Positions 39,136-48,910 of a stretch of DNA of 64,000 nt are shown here, piece after piece; position 1 is the first letter of the stretch; every line of letters begins with the position of its first letter. The stretch is from a virus. The notes beneath the pieces are model-generated. The model ran no database searches and was not told the origin of the DNA. It saw only the letters and a program-made list of their open reading frames with translations. The stretch is taken from positions 1,258 through 65,257 of IMG/VR virus record IMGVR_UViG_3300000095_000002. One strand, given 5' to 3'. A program made the position numbers and the translations under genes.

Positions 39136-39291
39136 ATGAAAGAAGAAGATTTAATTAAGAAACTCTTAGAGATATTAAAAAAAGAACCAATAACTATAAA
39201 AGGTAACGTTCTCTCTATAGGTAATCAAAAAATAAAAATATCTAATAGAGGAAACACTATTACTAACATAAGACCTATACAAATACGATAA
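39136..39291 (+). CDS. Small protein, 51 aa (not in the ORF track)
   Basis: MKEEDLIKKLLEILKKEPITIKGNVLSIGNQKIKISNRGNTITNIRPIQIR; it ends 1 nt before the next start. Confidence 0.55.
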   Translation: MKEEDLIKKLLEILKKEPITIKGNVLSIGNQKIKISNRGNTITNIRPIQIR

Positions 39292-39292
39292 A

Positions 39293-41782
39293 ATGTCAGT
39301 TACTTACGCAAATAGCAGAGTTATTTTACCTAGTAGTTGTTGGAATATTACTTCTTCTACTGGAGGTCAATTATCATCTCAAAATCTATACTTCTCATTA
39401 CAAGCAGAAAATAGAATAGGTAGAAATTTATTGCTTATCTCTTCTTTAATTTCTATACCTGCCTTAGGAAAAGTTACTTTCACTATTAATTCACAAGCTA
39501 AACTAGCTACTGAAGAAATATTTAATTATGTAATTGGTGCTTCTACCACTTCTAACCCAACTACTTTTAATCAGTTACTTAAAATTCCGATTAATTCATC
39601 TACTACGTTCCCCATCACTCTAACTATTAGTAGAGATATCTTTCTTAGAAGAGGTTATATAACTTCCGATGATATTTCTAATATTCCTTCTAGTGATTTA
39701 CTTCATGGAATGCTTATTGGATATAACGGAACAGGACTAATTTATGAGTATGACTCTTTAGATTCTACTACTCCAATAGATAATGAACTTACTCTCTTAG
39801 GAGGCTCTAATAAACGATTTAAAGCTAGAGGAACCTTTTCGACTTATATATCCTCGGTTTATGATGTTGATGGCTCTAGAATTGATTTAAGAGAAGAAAA
39901 TGAAATTCAACCTATTCTAAGAGATTATAATCCTAATGGTAGTGATTCTTCTTCTATTCGATTGTGGATAGATAATCCTAGTGGTTCTGTAGCGGTCGGT
40001 ACTAGAATTACTTTAGTAATAAAATTAAATGAAAATATAAAGACTAACTTATTTGATAGGAAGATCCGTTACGTATTTGAAGGAATAGTAGATTTAAATA
40101 CTTGTGTTCTTAGAACTACTAAAAGAGATGGAATTACACCTTTCGAGAAGTTGGGAATTCCTTTAGTTTTTAATACTAACTCTCCTAACTTTGCATTAGA
40201 AGAAGATTTACTAATAGGAGAAGCTTTATCTTTTAGTTTCTACTTAAACTTCTTAGGAGCTGAGATAAACGATTTTATACCAGAGAAATCTATATTATCT
40301 GTTTATCCTTCTTTCGTTTCTAATGTAGGTAATTATGTTGCAGGTTCAGAAGTTATAGGAGACTGTATATTTGCAGAAGAAGGAAGAAGAAGAATATTAC
40401 CTTCTACTACTATTAGCGGGTTAGAAGTTCTTTCTGGTAGTGGATTGATTAAGAACTATACATTCCCTTTATTACCTAAAACTATTATCTTAGGATTAAT
40501 ACCTAATCTAGATAGTCAAAAAGTCTTCATTAGTAACTTAGGGAACTGTTATATTGCTCCTACTGATACACCTAACAATTCAGCTATAAGAGCTTTTGTA
40601 TCTACCTTAAGTGGACAGACAAGTTCTAGTGCTTGGAGTAGTTATATCCCCATTACTCAAAATAGTAACTTTACTCTTAAACTCACTTTACCTACTTCTA
40701 TTAGATCTACTTATCCAGATGTAATTGCGAATACTACTTCTACTTTCTCTATAGCTAAGTTTGTCATTTATGTACAGAGACAATCTAACTCTGAAATACG
40801 TAAATTTGAAGTTAACTATACTGCTAGTTTATCTACTCTTACTTTACCTGATTGGAATTCCGGCACCATTGTATCTTCTATACCTACTAATACTAATAAT
40901 AGTTTTAATCTATATAATCTACCTTACTTCATAGTAGAGAATGGATTAGGTAGTGGATTTAGCATAGGAAATTATAAATTTTGTATCTCATATCTTTATG
41001 ATGGAAACCAAGTAACATCAATAAGTCATGACATAGCCAAAGGATGTATAGTAGAATTAGATATGCCACTTTCACAAGCTCTAAACAATATGAAGTATTT
41101 AGGAGAACCTTTGTTTAAGGAACAGTTAGTTTCACTAGATACTACTTATATCCCAGATGGACAAAGAAGATCTCTTAAAGGAACTGATAGTAGCTATTTA
41201 GATTTAGTGTTTTATAAATATCAGACAGGAGCAGGTAACAATGTAACTAGCTTTAAACCAGGAACATTACCTTCTAGCTCTCCTGGTATTTGGAAAGAGA
41301 AAGAAAGTGGACTTAACTTAGACCAAGTAAGTGCTTATGTCTACTCAACTATTTACCCTAACCTTAGTACCTTGAATGATTTGATTAAGTCAGTAGATGA
41401 TAGTATGATTCCTTTGATACTAGCTTTAGGTGGAGGAGGAGGAAGTAACAATATAGGAACATCACCTTCAGGTACTTCTAGTAGTTATATAGAACCTGCA
41501 CAAATAGTTCTTTATGCTTCTACTATTACTCCTGATTTAGCTGTAACTGATAAATATTGTCTAATTAATAACTCTGGTACAATAAGTAATATTAATAATC
41601 CGCTTAATATGACTAACGGAGATACTTATTACTTACAGATTAGAAATCCAGGAACATATAACTTTGGAAGTGTCTATGTTATTCCAGAGAACTATACATC
41701 TGTTACACTAGACAGTAAAGCTTATGTTGAAGCTAACAAAAGAGGAACAATAGTAGATTTAATGATTTATTCAATGTGGTAA
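39293..41782 (+). CDS. Large tail/baseplate structural protein
   Basis: 829 aa, S/T/beta-rich, in the tail module. Confidence 0.6.
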   Translation: MSVTYANSRVILPSSCWNITSSTGGQLSSQNLYFSLQAENRIGRNLLLISSLISIPALGKVTFTINSQAKLATEEIFNYVIGASTTSNPTTFNQLLKIPINSSTTFPITLTISRDIFLRRGYITSDDISNIPSSDLLHGMLIGYNGTGLIYEYDSLDSTTPIDNELTLLGGSNKRFKARGTFSTYISSVYDVDGSRIDLREENEIQPILRDYNPNGSDSSSIRLWIDNPSGSVAVGTRITLVIKLNENIKTNLFDRKIRYVFEGIVDLNTCVLRTTKRDGITPFEKLGIPLVFNTNSPNFALEEDLLIGEALSFSFYLNFLGAEINDFIPEKSILSVYPSFVSNVGNYVAGSEVIGDCIFAEEGRRRILPSTTISGLEVLSGSGLIKNYTFPLLPKTIILGLIPNLDSQKVFISNLGNCYIAPTDTPNNSAIRAFVSTLSGQTSSSAWSSYIPITQNSNFTLKLTLPTSIRSTYPDVIANTTSTFSIAKFVIYVQRQSNSEIRKFEVNYTASLSTLTLPDWNSGTIVSSIPTNTNNSFNLYNLPYFIVENGLGSGFSIGNYKFCISYLYDGNQVTSISHDIAKGCIVELDMPLSQALNNMKYLGEPLFKEQLVSLDTTYIPDGQRRSLKGTDSSYLDLVFYKYQTGAGNNVTSFKPGTLPSSSPGIWKEKESGLNLDQVSAYVYSTIYPNLSTLNDLIKSVDDSMIPLILALGGGGGSNNIGTSPSGTSSSYIEPAQIVLYASTITPDLAVTDKYCLINNSGTISNINNPLNMTNGDTYYLQIRNPGTYNFGSVYVIPENYTSVTLDSKAYVEANKRGTIVDLMIYSMW

Positions 41783-41788
41783 ATAATT

Positions 41789-41992
41789 ATGCAAATACAA
41801 CGAGAAGAATACTTACAGAAATTAAAAGATATAAGTTTTACTCAATGTCATCAATATTTAGAACAAATATTAGAACTTCAGACTCAGTTACATTTTTCAC
41901 TAGAAAGAGTAGAAGAGTTAGAAAATAGACTTGCTGAACTAAGCCCAGAAATAATTGAGGAGTTAAATGTCAACCAGAATACTAATACTTAA
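41789..41992 (+). CDS. Small coiled-coil protein
   Basis: Heptad pattern; overlaps the start of the fibre gene. Confidence 0.5.
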   Translation: MQIQREEYLQKLKDISFTQCHQYLEQILELQTQLHFSLERVEELENRLAELSPEIIEELNVNQNTNT

Positions 41993-43709
41993 AGATGGTG
42001 TAATAACTCCTAGTAAAACGTCTAATGATAGACAGTTAGCTCTTAATTCTTTAGTATCTACTATGACTACTAATAGAGTTCTCAGAAGTAATGGAACTAA
42101 TATTGTCCTGTCTCAAGTAGATTTAACTACTGATGTTATTGGTGTACTCCCTCCTGCTAATGGCGGTTCTGGTAACTCAGCTTCTTATGTAGATTTAACT
42201 ACTGCTCAGACTATTGGAGGACTTAAAGCTTTTAGTGAGGGATTAATTTTACCTGCTACTCCCCATACTACTGTAGGAACTATTTGGAGAAATGGAAATA
42301 ACTTAGAATTTAGAAATACTGCTAACACAATTCAAATTATTCTCAACAGCGCAGGTAATCTAAGTAACTTATCAGATAAACAAACTTCTCTAAATAATCT
42401 AGTAGGAGCAGTTACAGCTAATAGAGTTCTGAAGGGTAACGGAACTAATATTGTCCTTTCTCAAATTGACTTAAACAGTAATGATGTAATTAATATTCTT
42501 CCTATTAATTTAGGGGGTACAGGTAGCTCTACTCAAAATTTTGTTGACGTGTCTACTGCTCAAACTATAGGAGGGAATAAAACTTTCACAGGGACTATTA
42601 GTGGAATAACTTCTACAATGGTAGGACTAGGAAATGTAAATAATACTTCTGATATTAATAAACCTATATCTACTTCTACTCAAAATGCTTTAAACCTAAA
42701 AGCAGATTTAATAGGTGGACTAATACCTACTTCACAACTACCTAGTTATGTAGACGATGTATTGGAGTTTAGTCTACTAACTAATTTCCCAGTAACAGGA
42801 GAAATAGGTAAGATATATGTAGCGACTACTACTAATATTACTTATAGGTGGTCGGGAACTGCTTATGTAGAAATATCTGCATCCTTAGCATTAGGGACTA
42901 CTTCTTCTACCGCTTATAGAGGTGACTTTGGAAATACTGCTTATTTACACTCTCAAAGTACAGGAAATCCTCATAATACAACAAAATCAGATGTTGGTTT
43001 ATCTAATGTAGTTAATTCTTTACAGCTAATAGCTGCTAATAACTTATCCGATTTAGCTAGTAGGCAAATAGCTTTAAATACTTTAGCAGGAGGAGCTACC
43101 ACTAATAACTATCTAAGAGCAGATGGGACTAATATTGTTTTATCTACTATTCAAGCTAGTGATGTTCCTACTTTAAATCAAAATACTACTGGTACTGCTA
43201 GTAATGTCACAGGTATTGTCGCTATTGCAAACGGCGGTACAGGAAATAATACTAAAGTTTGGGTAGACTTAACTACCGATCAAACAATAGTAGGAGTAAA
43301 GACTTTTTCTAATAGAATTAGAGTTTTTGATTTAATGATTGGCAACGACCCTTACGTGGCTACTTCTACTAATATAGGTAAAGGATATATTTCAGCAGCT
43401 CCTGATTTTTATGAAGATTATAAATTAGGAGTAAACGGGTTTCTAAGAATGAGAATTGGTGCTGGAGCAGAATTTGGATATGCTAGACAATTTTTAGCTG
43501 TTAGAGGTAGTAACGGAGATATAGTTTTTAACTCTGCTACTCAAGCTACTTCTACTACTGACGCTGCTGTAACAGGAACTTCTCTTGGACTTACCGGAAA
43601 TTTATTTGCAGCAGGTACACGTATCAACTTTGCTAGTTTACCTACTTCTTCATCGGGACTTCCTGCTGGTACTTTATGGAGAAACGGAAATGTTGTCAAT
43701 ATAGTTTAA
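41967..43709 (+). CDS. Tail fibre protein
   Basis: VDLTTAQTIGG.K.F, VGLGNVNNTSDINKPIS, QLPSYVDDVLE and NPHNTTKSDVGL fibre motifs, with three internal repeats. Confidence 0.85.
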   Translation: MSTRILILKDGVITPSKTSNDRQLALNSLVSTMTTNRVLRSNGTNIVLSQVDLTTDVIGVLPPANGGSGNSASYVDLTTAQTIGGLKAFSEGLILPATPHTTVGTIWRNGNNLEFRNTANTIQIILNSAGNLSNLSDKQTSLNNLVGAVTANRVLKGNGTNIVLSQIDLNSNDVINILPINLGGTGSSTQNFVDVSTAQTIGGNKTFTGTISGITSTMVGLGNVNNTSDINKPISTSTQNALNLKADLIGGLIPTSQLPSYVDDVLEFSLLTNFPVTGEIGKIYVATTTNITYRWSGTAYVEISASLALGTTSSTAYRGDFGNTAYLHSQSTGNPHNTTKSDVGLSNVVNSLQLIAANNLSDLASRQIALNTLAGGATTNNYLRADGTNIVLSTIQASDVPTLNQNTTGTASNVTGIVAIANGGTGNNTKVWVDLTTDQTIVGVKTFSNRIRVFDLMIGNDPYVATSTNIGKGYISAAPDFYEDYKLGVNGFLRMRIGAGAEFGYARQFLAVRGSNGDIVFNSATQATSTTDAAVTGTSLGLTGNLFAAGTRINFASLPTSSSGLPAGTLWRNGNVVNIV

Positions 43710-43716
43710 TAAATAT

Positions 43717-44013
43717 ATGCCACTTAAAATTACAGATTCAGATAATATATCTACTTTACATACTACAGAACGGTTACAAGTTAATCTAGCGGCTGCCAAA
43801 GAAATAATAGAAGATATAATAATAGAAGTCTACTTTACTGTAGAGACTAGACTTCCTAGCGGTAAATTAGTAGGACAGCCTTATTGGGATTCTGAACCTA
43901 TAAAAATTAACTGTAGAGGAAACGTCAAACTAACTGAAGCAATGAGAACTATTCAAGAAGCTATCGGGATAGAAAGAAATAAACAGCAATTAGCTAAAAA
44001 ACCTGTTACTTAG
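43717..44013 (+). CDS. Tail fibre-associated/chaperone protein (putative)
   Basis: Small gene directly after the fibre gene. Confidence 0.45.
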   Translation: MPLKITDSDNISTLHTTERLQVNLAAAKEIIEDIIIEVYFTVETRLPSGKLVGQPYWDSEPIKINCRGNVKLTEAMRTIQEAIGIERNKQQLAKKPVT

Positions 44014-44020
44014 GAGAACA

Positions 44021-44404
44021 ATGGCTACAACTCTTATAACCGAATATTCAACAGTAAATGTTACTCCTACCACCCTTTTTCAAGCTTCTACTAACACCTC
44101 TTATATTATTGCCAAAGTTCTATTAAAAAATGAAAAATCTGAAGCTGCTAAAGTTACTGTTAAATTAAATAACTTAGAAATAGTAAAAGACTTAGTTTTA
44201 CCTATTTTTAATCAAGAACCGATAGAACTTAACTCTATCTCCAAGTTAAGGTTGAGCGGAACTGATAAATTAGAAATTACAGTTATTCCCAATAGTTTAT
44301 CTGGAGGGACTTCTTTCGGATTAGTAGGTGGATTTCCTTGGTATACAACAGCAGAACCAAATGCAGCTACAATAATAATGACTTATGTTAAACAAACTAC
44401 TTAA
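44021..44404 (+). CDS. Virion structural protein (beta-sandwich, putative)
   Basis: Beta-rich ORF in the fibre block. Confidence 0.5.
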   Translation: MATTLITEYSTVNVTPTTLFQASTNTSYIIAKVLLKNEKSEAAKVTVKLNNLEIVKDLVLPIFNQEPIELNSISKLRLSGTDKLEITVIPNSLSGGTSFGLVGGFPWYTTAEPNAATIIMTYVKQTT

Positions 44405-44413
44405 AAACTAATT

Positions 44414-44983
44414 ATGCCTTATACAGTCACTCAAGGTTCAGGATTGACAATTGATAGTATTACCTATACTCCACCAGGAGGAGTTTTAACTCATATTCCA
44501 GTTATTACCAATCAAACTGTTTCATCCGTAGGAACTAATACAGGTGGAATTGGTACAACAGCTTATGCCGCCAATCAAGTAATGGGAGCATCTCAATTCA
44601 CTTTTCCAGGAGTAGCTTTAAAAGCAGGTTTAGGAGGGGTAATTCAAAATGCTAGTTTATATTGTGCGGTTGTATCTACAGGTCAATACTTAATTAAACT
44701 CTTTGATAAACCTATAACTAACACTTTTACTAACGGTCAACTCTACTCCGCTTTTCCACTAAGCGATGCAGAAGCTCAATCTTTTGTAGGAGATATAGAA
44801 TTCTCTTTTCCCGCTGCCTCTGCTAATAACACACTTTATTCTGTTACAAGTGTAGGTATGTGTTTTACTACGGATTCTGCTGGTCAACCTAATTTATACG
44901 GAGTTTTATTAGCTAGAAACGCTCATTCTTTAACGGGAGCAACAGGACAAGATATCCGAATAACTTTAGAGATTCTACTGTAA
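44414..44983 (+). CDS. Virion structural protein (putative)
   Basis: G/T/A-rich beta protein in the fibre block. Confidence 0.55.
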   Translation: MPYTVTQGSGLTIDSITYTPPGGVLTHIPVITNQTVSSVGTNTGGIGTTAYAANQVMGASQFTFPGVALKAGLGGVIQNASLYCAVVSTGQYLIKLFDKPITNTFTNGQLYSAFPLSDAEAQSFVGDIEFSFPAASANNTLYSVTSVGMCFTTDSAGQPNLYGVLLARNAHSLTGATGQDIRITLEILL

Positions 44984-44985
44984 CT

Positions 44986-45459
44986 ATGAAAATAACTACT
45001 ATAACTAAAATTAGTCCTTTAGTAGAAATGACTTCTCCTATACTACTTCAATGTAAATTCGGTGCTTGTGGAAGTTGTCCTAATAAAACAGGTAAAATGC
45101 TGTGGATTCCTTCTACTCATAGCGGGACTTTTAAATTTCAATATAATTTTTGGGATACGGTTTCCGAAGGTACAGGTACAGTTAAATATAATTTAGTAAG
45201 TACAAGTGTAACTATTAATGGTGCAGCGGTTAGCTATTCTAACCCTCCAGATAAAAACTACTCCAACACTACTCCTATAAATGAGAATCCTACTTTATTA
45301 CCTGCTTCTATGAAAGGAACTAACTTTCTCACTCTAAGTTTTACTCCTAGTGCATGGATATATTTTAAACAACCCAATCCAGCAATTAGTAACGTTCATG
45401 ATGCTCTATGCTTTGAATATAACAATGAAAAGAGTTTAATCACTTTTCGTTCTTTTTAG
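44986..45459 (+). CDS. Hypothetical protein
   Basis: Clean ORF containing CKFGACGSC. Confidence 0.5.
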   Translation: MKITTITKISPLVEMTSPILLQCKFGACGSCPNKTGKMLWIPSTHSGTFKFQYNFWDTVSEGTGTVKYNLVSTSVTINGAAVSYSNPPDKNYSNTTPINENPTLLPASMKGTNFLTLSFTPSAWIYFKQPNPAISNVHDALCFEYNNEKSLITFRSF

Positions 45460-45719
45460 TTTGTACCAGATAGGCTATCCCAAATATCTACTTTTCTTTG
45501 TAGATTTAATAGGAGCTGAGTAGAAATACCTAGCTCTTTTTCTATCTGTTTAGCCCAAAAATAAGTTATAGATCTTTCTCCTTTTAATATCTCATCAAGC
45601 TCAAGATTGTACAAATAGATATCACCAATACTAATATCTCTTTCGTCTAAAATGTCCCTTATAATTTCTCCCGGAGGAACAGGTCTAATTTTTCTAGACA
45701 TTACAGATTTAACTAACAT
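45456..45719 (-). CDS. HigA-family antitoxin-like HTH protein (orphan)
   Basis: PVPPGEIIRDILDERDIS...EILKGERSIT...LGISTQLLLNLQRKVD. Confidence 0.8.
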   Translation of the reverse strand: MLVKSVMSRKIRPVPPGEIIRDILDERDISIGDIYLYNLELDEILKGERSITYFWAKQIEKELGISTQLLLNLQRKVDIWDSLSGTN

Positions 45720-45761
45720 AACTAATCTCCTATAATGTATTAAGTAAATAAATAGAAAAAC

Positions 45762-48716
45762 ATGAATGACGATTTAGTAGTACAGAAAATTCTGAAGCTC
45801 TTAGAAAATAACACAGCTTTTATTGGTTATGCTTTGAACGGTGGAATTGGAACTAAGATAAATGTCCGAAACACTGAGACAGGAAAAACTATTCAAGCTT
45901 TATCTATCAATGTGGATTCTAGTGGTGAAGTCTTAGTAGTTAAAGATTCGGATGACGGACAATACAAAGCCGTTACATTCAAAGCAGCAGAACAAATAAC
46001 AGAAAGTATTATTCAAATAAGGAAAACTAAACCAGTAGATGATAAAAAAACTATCGAATATACTGACTCAGATATTGAGATATTTTATCTATTCGTTAAG
46101 TTAGTAGATACAGGTAGTCCCGTTCCTACTCAATTACAGTCTACTTGGATTAGAAAAGGAAGTTCTTGTACTCAATTTGTAGGCGCTTATGAAAGATGTA
46201 ACTACGCAGCTAAAGAAACAATTGGAGGCACTTCTTATAATGGATTGCCTTATAAACCTTATTCAACTTTGAACGATTGTCTTAATGATGATTTAGGTAG
46301 AGATGCTAAAACTCCTCACGGTACAGGAGATGAAAATGGAAATGCGGGTAGAGCTGGTTGGAAGTATTTTTCTACTAAAGTAACTGCTGGAAATGAAGAA
46401 GCTATGCAAGCTGCTTTAAGTTCTCACGATACTGAATATGGAACTAATTATAGAAAATTATTTGGTTATGCTTCAATATTAGAATGTTCTGGAGCTATGA
46501 ATTTAGCAGGATGGGAAGCTATTAATGTAAGAGACCCAGAAACCAATGCAATTACTAGGTCTTTTTTTAGATGCGAGTTTAGTCTTCTTCCAGGGTTTAC
46601 TACTGACTGTACTCCTGCAATGCAAGATGCGGGATATTGCGATACTAGAGGGTTTATTAACAGTAGATGTCCTTTACCTGGTCAAGAAGCTCCTGGTCAA
46701 CCTAGCGTAGGAAATATACAGAATGATTGGGGATATACTTACGGCTGGAAAGATTTACCTTACTCTTTCATGTATAAAAGACATTTTAGTCAGCAGTATT
46801 TAAACGGACAAACCGCTCCTGGTAGTTTCTATATATTAGAGGTTAACGATGACCAAGTACCCGGAAATTTACCTCCTAATTACTTTCCTTGGGTTCCCGG
46901 TTGTCCTAGCAATTTAGGTGAAGGAGGCCCTTACAATGGAAGTGGAGGCAATAGATCTCCAGACGGCCCACCTAAAATAAAAAAGAGAGATATGAAACTT
47001 TCTACTCATAAAGCCGAGATTTGGCTGGGGAGTAGTAAAAAAGAAGAAGCTATTAAGTTATACGAGTTAGGAGCTAGCGATTTATTCTCTGGAATGTATA
47101 ACGCATTTATTATCAAGGCTAATGAGACTCAGGTAGATGCAAAAGCAAGAACACAAAGTAACGCTTCTATATCAGAAGAAGATTTAGCAAGGCATTCTAA
47201 ATTTTATGAAAATTGGAATAAAAATATTATTGACTTAAAAATTGACCCTCGTGTTTGGGTTTATATATTAAACAATGTTCCCCAAGCAGAATCTCAAGCA
47301 AGCTATCACGATCCAATAAATCCTCTTAACTCTTCACTTCTAAGATTTATAGAACATTTATATAATAGAACACTAAATTTATCAGTTATAGATAAAGATA
47401 CTCAAATAATTCACTTAAAATTAGGTTTAACTGCTAAAAATACATTATCTAATCTTGATTGTAAAGGAATTATTGGAAGTTCAGGGTCTACAAAAGCTAA
47501 TGATAATTTCTGCGGACAAAGTTGGGAATACCAAAAATACATAACAATAAAAGTTAAAAAATGGACAATAGAATCAACTACTAATACTTTAGATACTACA
47601 GATTTAACAGCAGAAAATTCTTGGAATAAAACTCATATAGAACGTAAATTCTTAACCTCTTTTGGAACTTTTGAAAAGACATTTAAACGAGATTTTCCAA
47701 CTAACCTCTTGTCTAGACCCGACTCTAGTATAGCTTTGACAGAGATTGTAACTGGCAATCACTACGAACAGTTCAACTATAGTAATGTTAAGCTTTGGCA
47801 ATCATACGTGTTAAATAGTTTTCTTTATATATCTTATTCTCTAATTTTTAAACCAATTAGTTTTGCAGATAGCAGCAGGAAAGTAGGGTTAATATCTACT
47901 TCTTGGTGGGAGTTATGGGATAAAACTCTATATAACAAAAAAGCTAAAAGACTGAGTTCTATAGTTGGTTTTGAAAAAAACTACTATCAGATTTTAGCTA
48001 GTTCAGGTTTAAATCCAAATTTAAATTATAATAGTCAGTCAAATTCTACTTTTAATAATGCGGTATCTCCTATAGCATATTATGAATATTTAACAAGTAG
48101 ACCAAAAGAGTATCTACCGTCTGCCATTAAAAAAGTACGCAATAAAACTGAGATAATGTCAACAATAAGTAGTAGAGAACAAACTAAAAACTTATTAGGA
48201 TTGCAGTTTTTTTTCTCTGATTGGTCTAGCAGATGGACTACAAATAATACCCTACCTTTAGTTATTTCTGTACCTAGTAATTACTATCAATTTCTAAATG
48301 CTACTGATTTAAGAACTAATAACAATTATTTAAACAGTACATTTGAAGGAACAACTTATAATCCTAGATTTAATACTAATATGTGGATTAATTATCTATG
48401 GGCGCAATTTATATACGATGGCTTTGTAAATGTAGACGTAGACTCATATAAAGAAGTAGAGTTTAATTTAGCCACTAATCCAAGTCAATATATTAAATTT
48501 AGTGATAACTCTTTATATACAAACTCGGAATACAATTTTACAACTAAACCTACTGTAGTCAGTAATTTAGAGACTGTTCTTTCTCCGGGAGTTTTAGATG
48601 TTACTAAACAAGTTCCTATTAAAAAACCTACTAATGTAGAGTTAGACCCTAATCTTAGCTTTCTCATGTATTTATTTCCCTATGTCACCGTGACAAAGAA
48701 GAAGAAAGAAATCTAA
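45762..48716 (+). CDS. Large putative virion/receptor-binding protein (984 aa)
   Basis: Last + strand gene of the tail block, with a Cys/Gly/Pro-rich middle. Confidence 0.5.
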   Translation: MNDDLVVQKILKLLENNTAFIGYALNGGIGTKINVRNTETGKTIQALSINVDSSGEVLVVKDSDDGQYKAVTFKAAEQITESIIQIRKTKPVDDKKTIEYTDSDIEIFYLFVKLVDTGSPVPTQLQSTWIRKGSSCTQFVGAYERCNYAAKETIGGTSYNGLPYKPYSTLNDCLNDDLGRDAKTPHGTGDENGNAGRAGWKYFSTKVTAGNEEAMQAALSSHDTEYGTNYRKLFGYASILECSGAMNLAGWEAINVRDPETNAITRSFFRCEFSLLPGFTTDCTPAMQDAGYCDTRGFINSRCPLPGQEAPGQPSVGNIQNDWGYTYGWKDLPYSFMYKRHFSQQYLNGQTAPGSFYILEVNDDQVPGNLPPNYFPWVPGCPSNLGEGGPYNGSGGNRSPDGPPKIKKRDMKLSTHKAEIWLGSSKKEEAIKLYELGASDLFSGMYNAFIIKANETQVDAKARTQSNASISEEDLARHSKFYENWNKNIIDLKIDPRVWVYILNNVPQAESQASYHDPINPLNSSLLRFIEHLYNRTLNLSVIDKDTQIIHLKLGLTAKNTLSNLDCKGIIGSSGSTKANDNFCGQSWEYQKYITIKVKKWTIESTTNTLDTTDLTAENSWNKTHIERKFLTSFGTFEKTFKRDFPTNLLSRPDSSIALTEIVTGNHYEQFNYSNVKLWQSYVLNSFLYISYSLIFKPISFADSSRKVGLISTSWWELWDKTLYNKKAKRLSSIVGFEKNYYQILASSGLNPNLNYNSQSNSTFNNAVSPIAYYEYLTSRPKEYLPSAIKKVRNKTEIMSTISSREQTKNLLGLQFFFSDWSSRWTTNNTLPLVISVPSNYYQFLNATDLRTNNNYLNSTFEGTTYNPRFNTNMWINYLWAQFIYDGFVNVDVDSYKEVEFNLATNPSQYIKFSDNSLYTNSEYNFTTKPTVVSNLETVLSPGVLDVTKQVPIKKPTNVELDPNLSFLMYLFPYVTVTKKKKEI

Positions 48717-48723
48717 TTAATAA

Positions 48724-48794
48724 CACAAGAACTAGGATTTGCACCTAGGATTCTAGTTTTGGAGACTAGCGTGTTCCTACTACACTATTCAAGT
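48724..48794 (-). tRNA. trnW: tRNA-Trp(CCA)
   Basis: ACTTGAA TA GTGT AGTAGGA ACAC G CTAGT CTCCAAA ACTAG AATC CTAGG TGCAAAT CCTAG TTCTTGT G, with two U-U mismatches in the acceptor stem. Confidence 0.8.
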
Positions 48795-48798
48795 TTGA

Positions 48799-48877
48799 TA
48801 TCTGGTTGTGGAATTGAACCATGTTAGTGTCTCCTTATTTATGGTTGGAGATGAGTAACCGTTTCTCTATTCCAGAC
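48799..48877 (-). pseudogene. Degenerate tRNA-like element (possibly Met/CAT-derived)
   Basis: Acceptor GTCTGG/CCAGAT, D-arm GAG..CTC, anticodon stem TCTCC/GGAGA with a 12-nt loop AACCATAAATAA, weak T arm TGG-TTCAATT-CCA. Confidence 0.55.
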
Positions 48878-48910
48878 TAAAAACTAACTTAACACAGATT
48901 CTTCATATTA

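Noticed and set aside
41967-48716. Diversity-generating retroelement acting on the fibre genes
   Set aside because: No reverse transcriptase is present in the window and I saw no TR/VR pair differing only at adenines. The repeats are in-frame protein modules.
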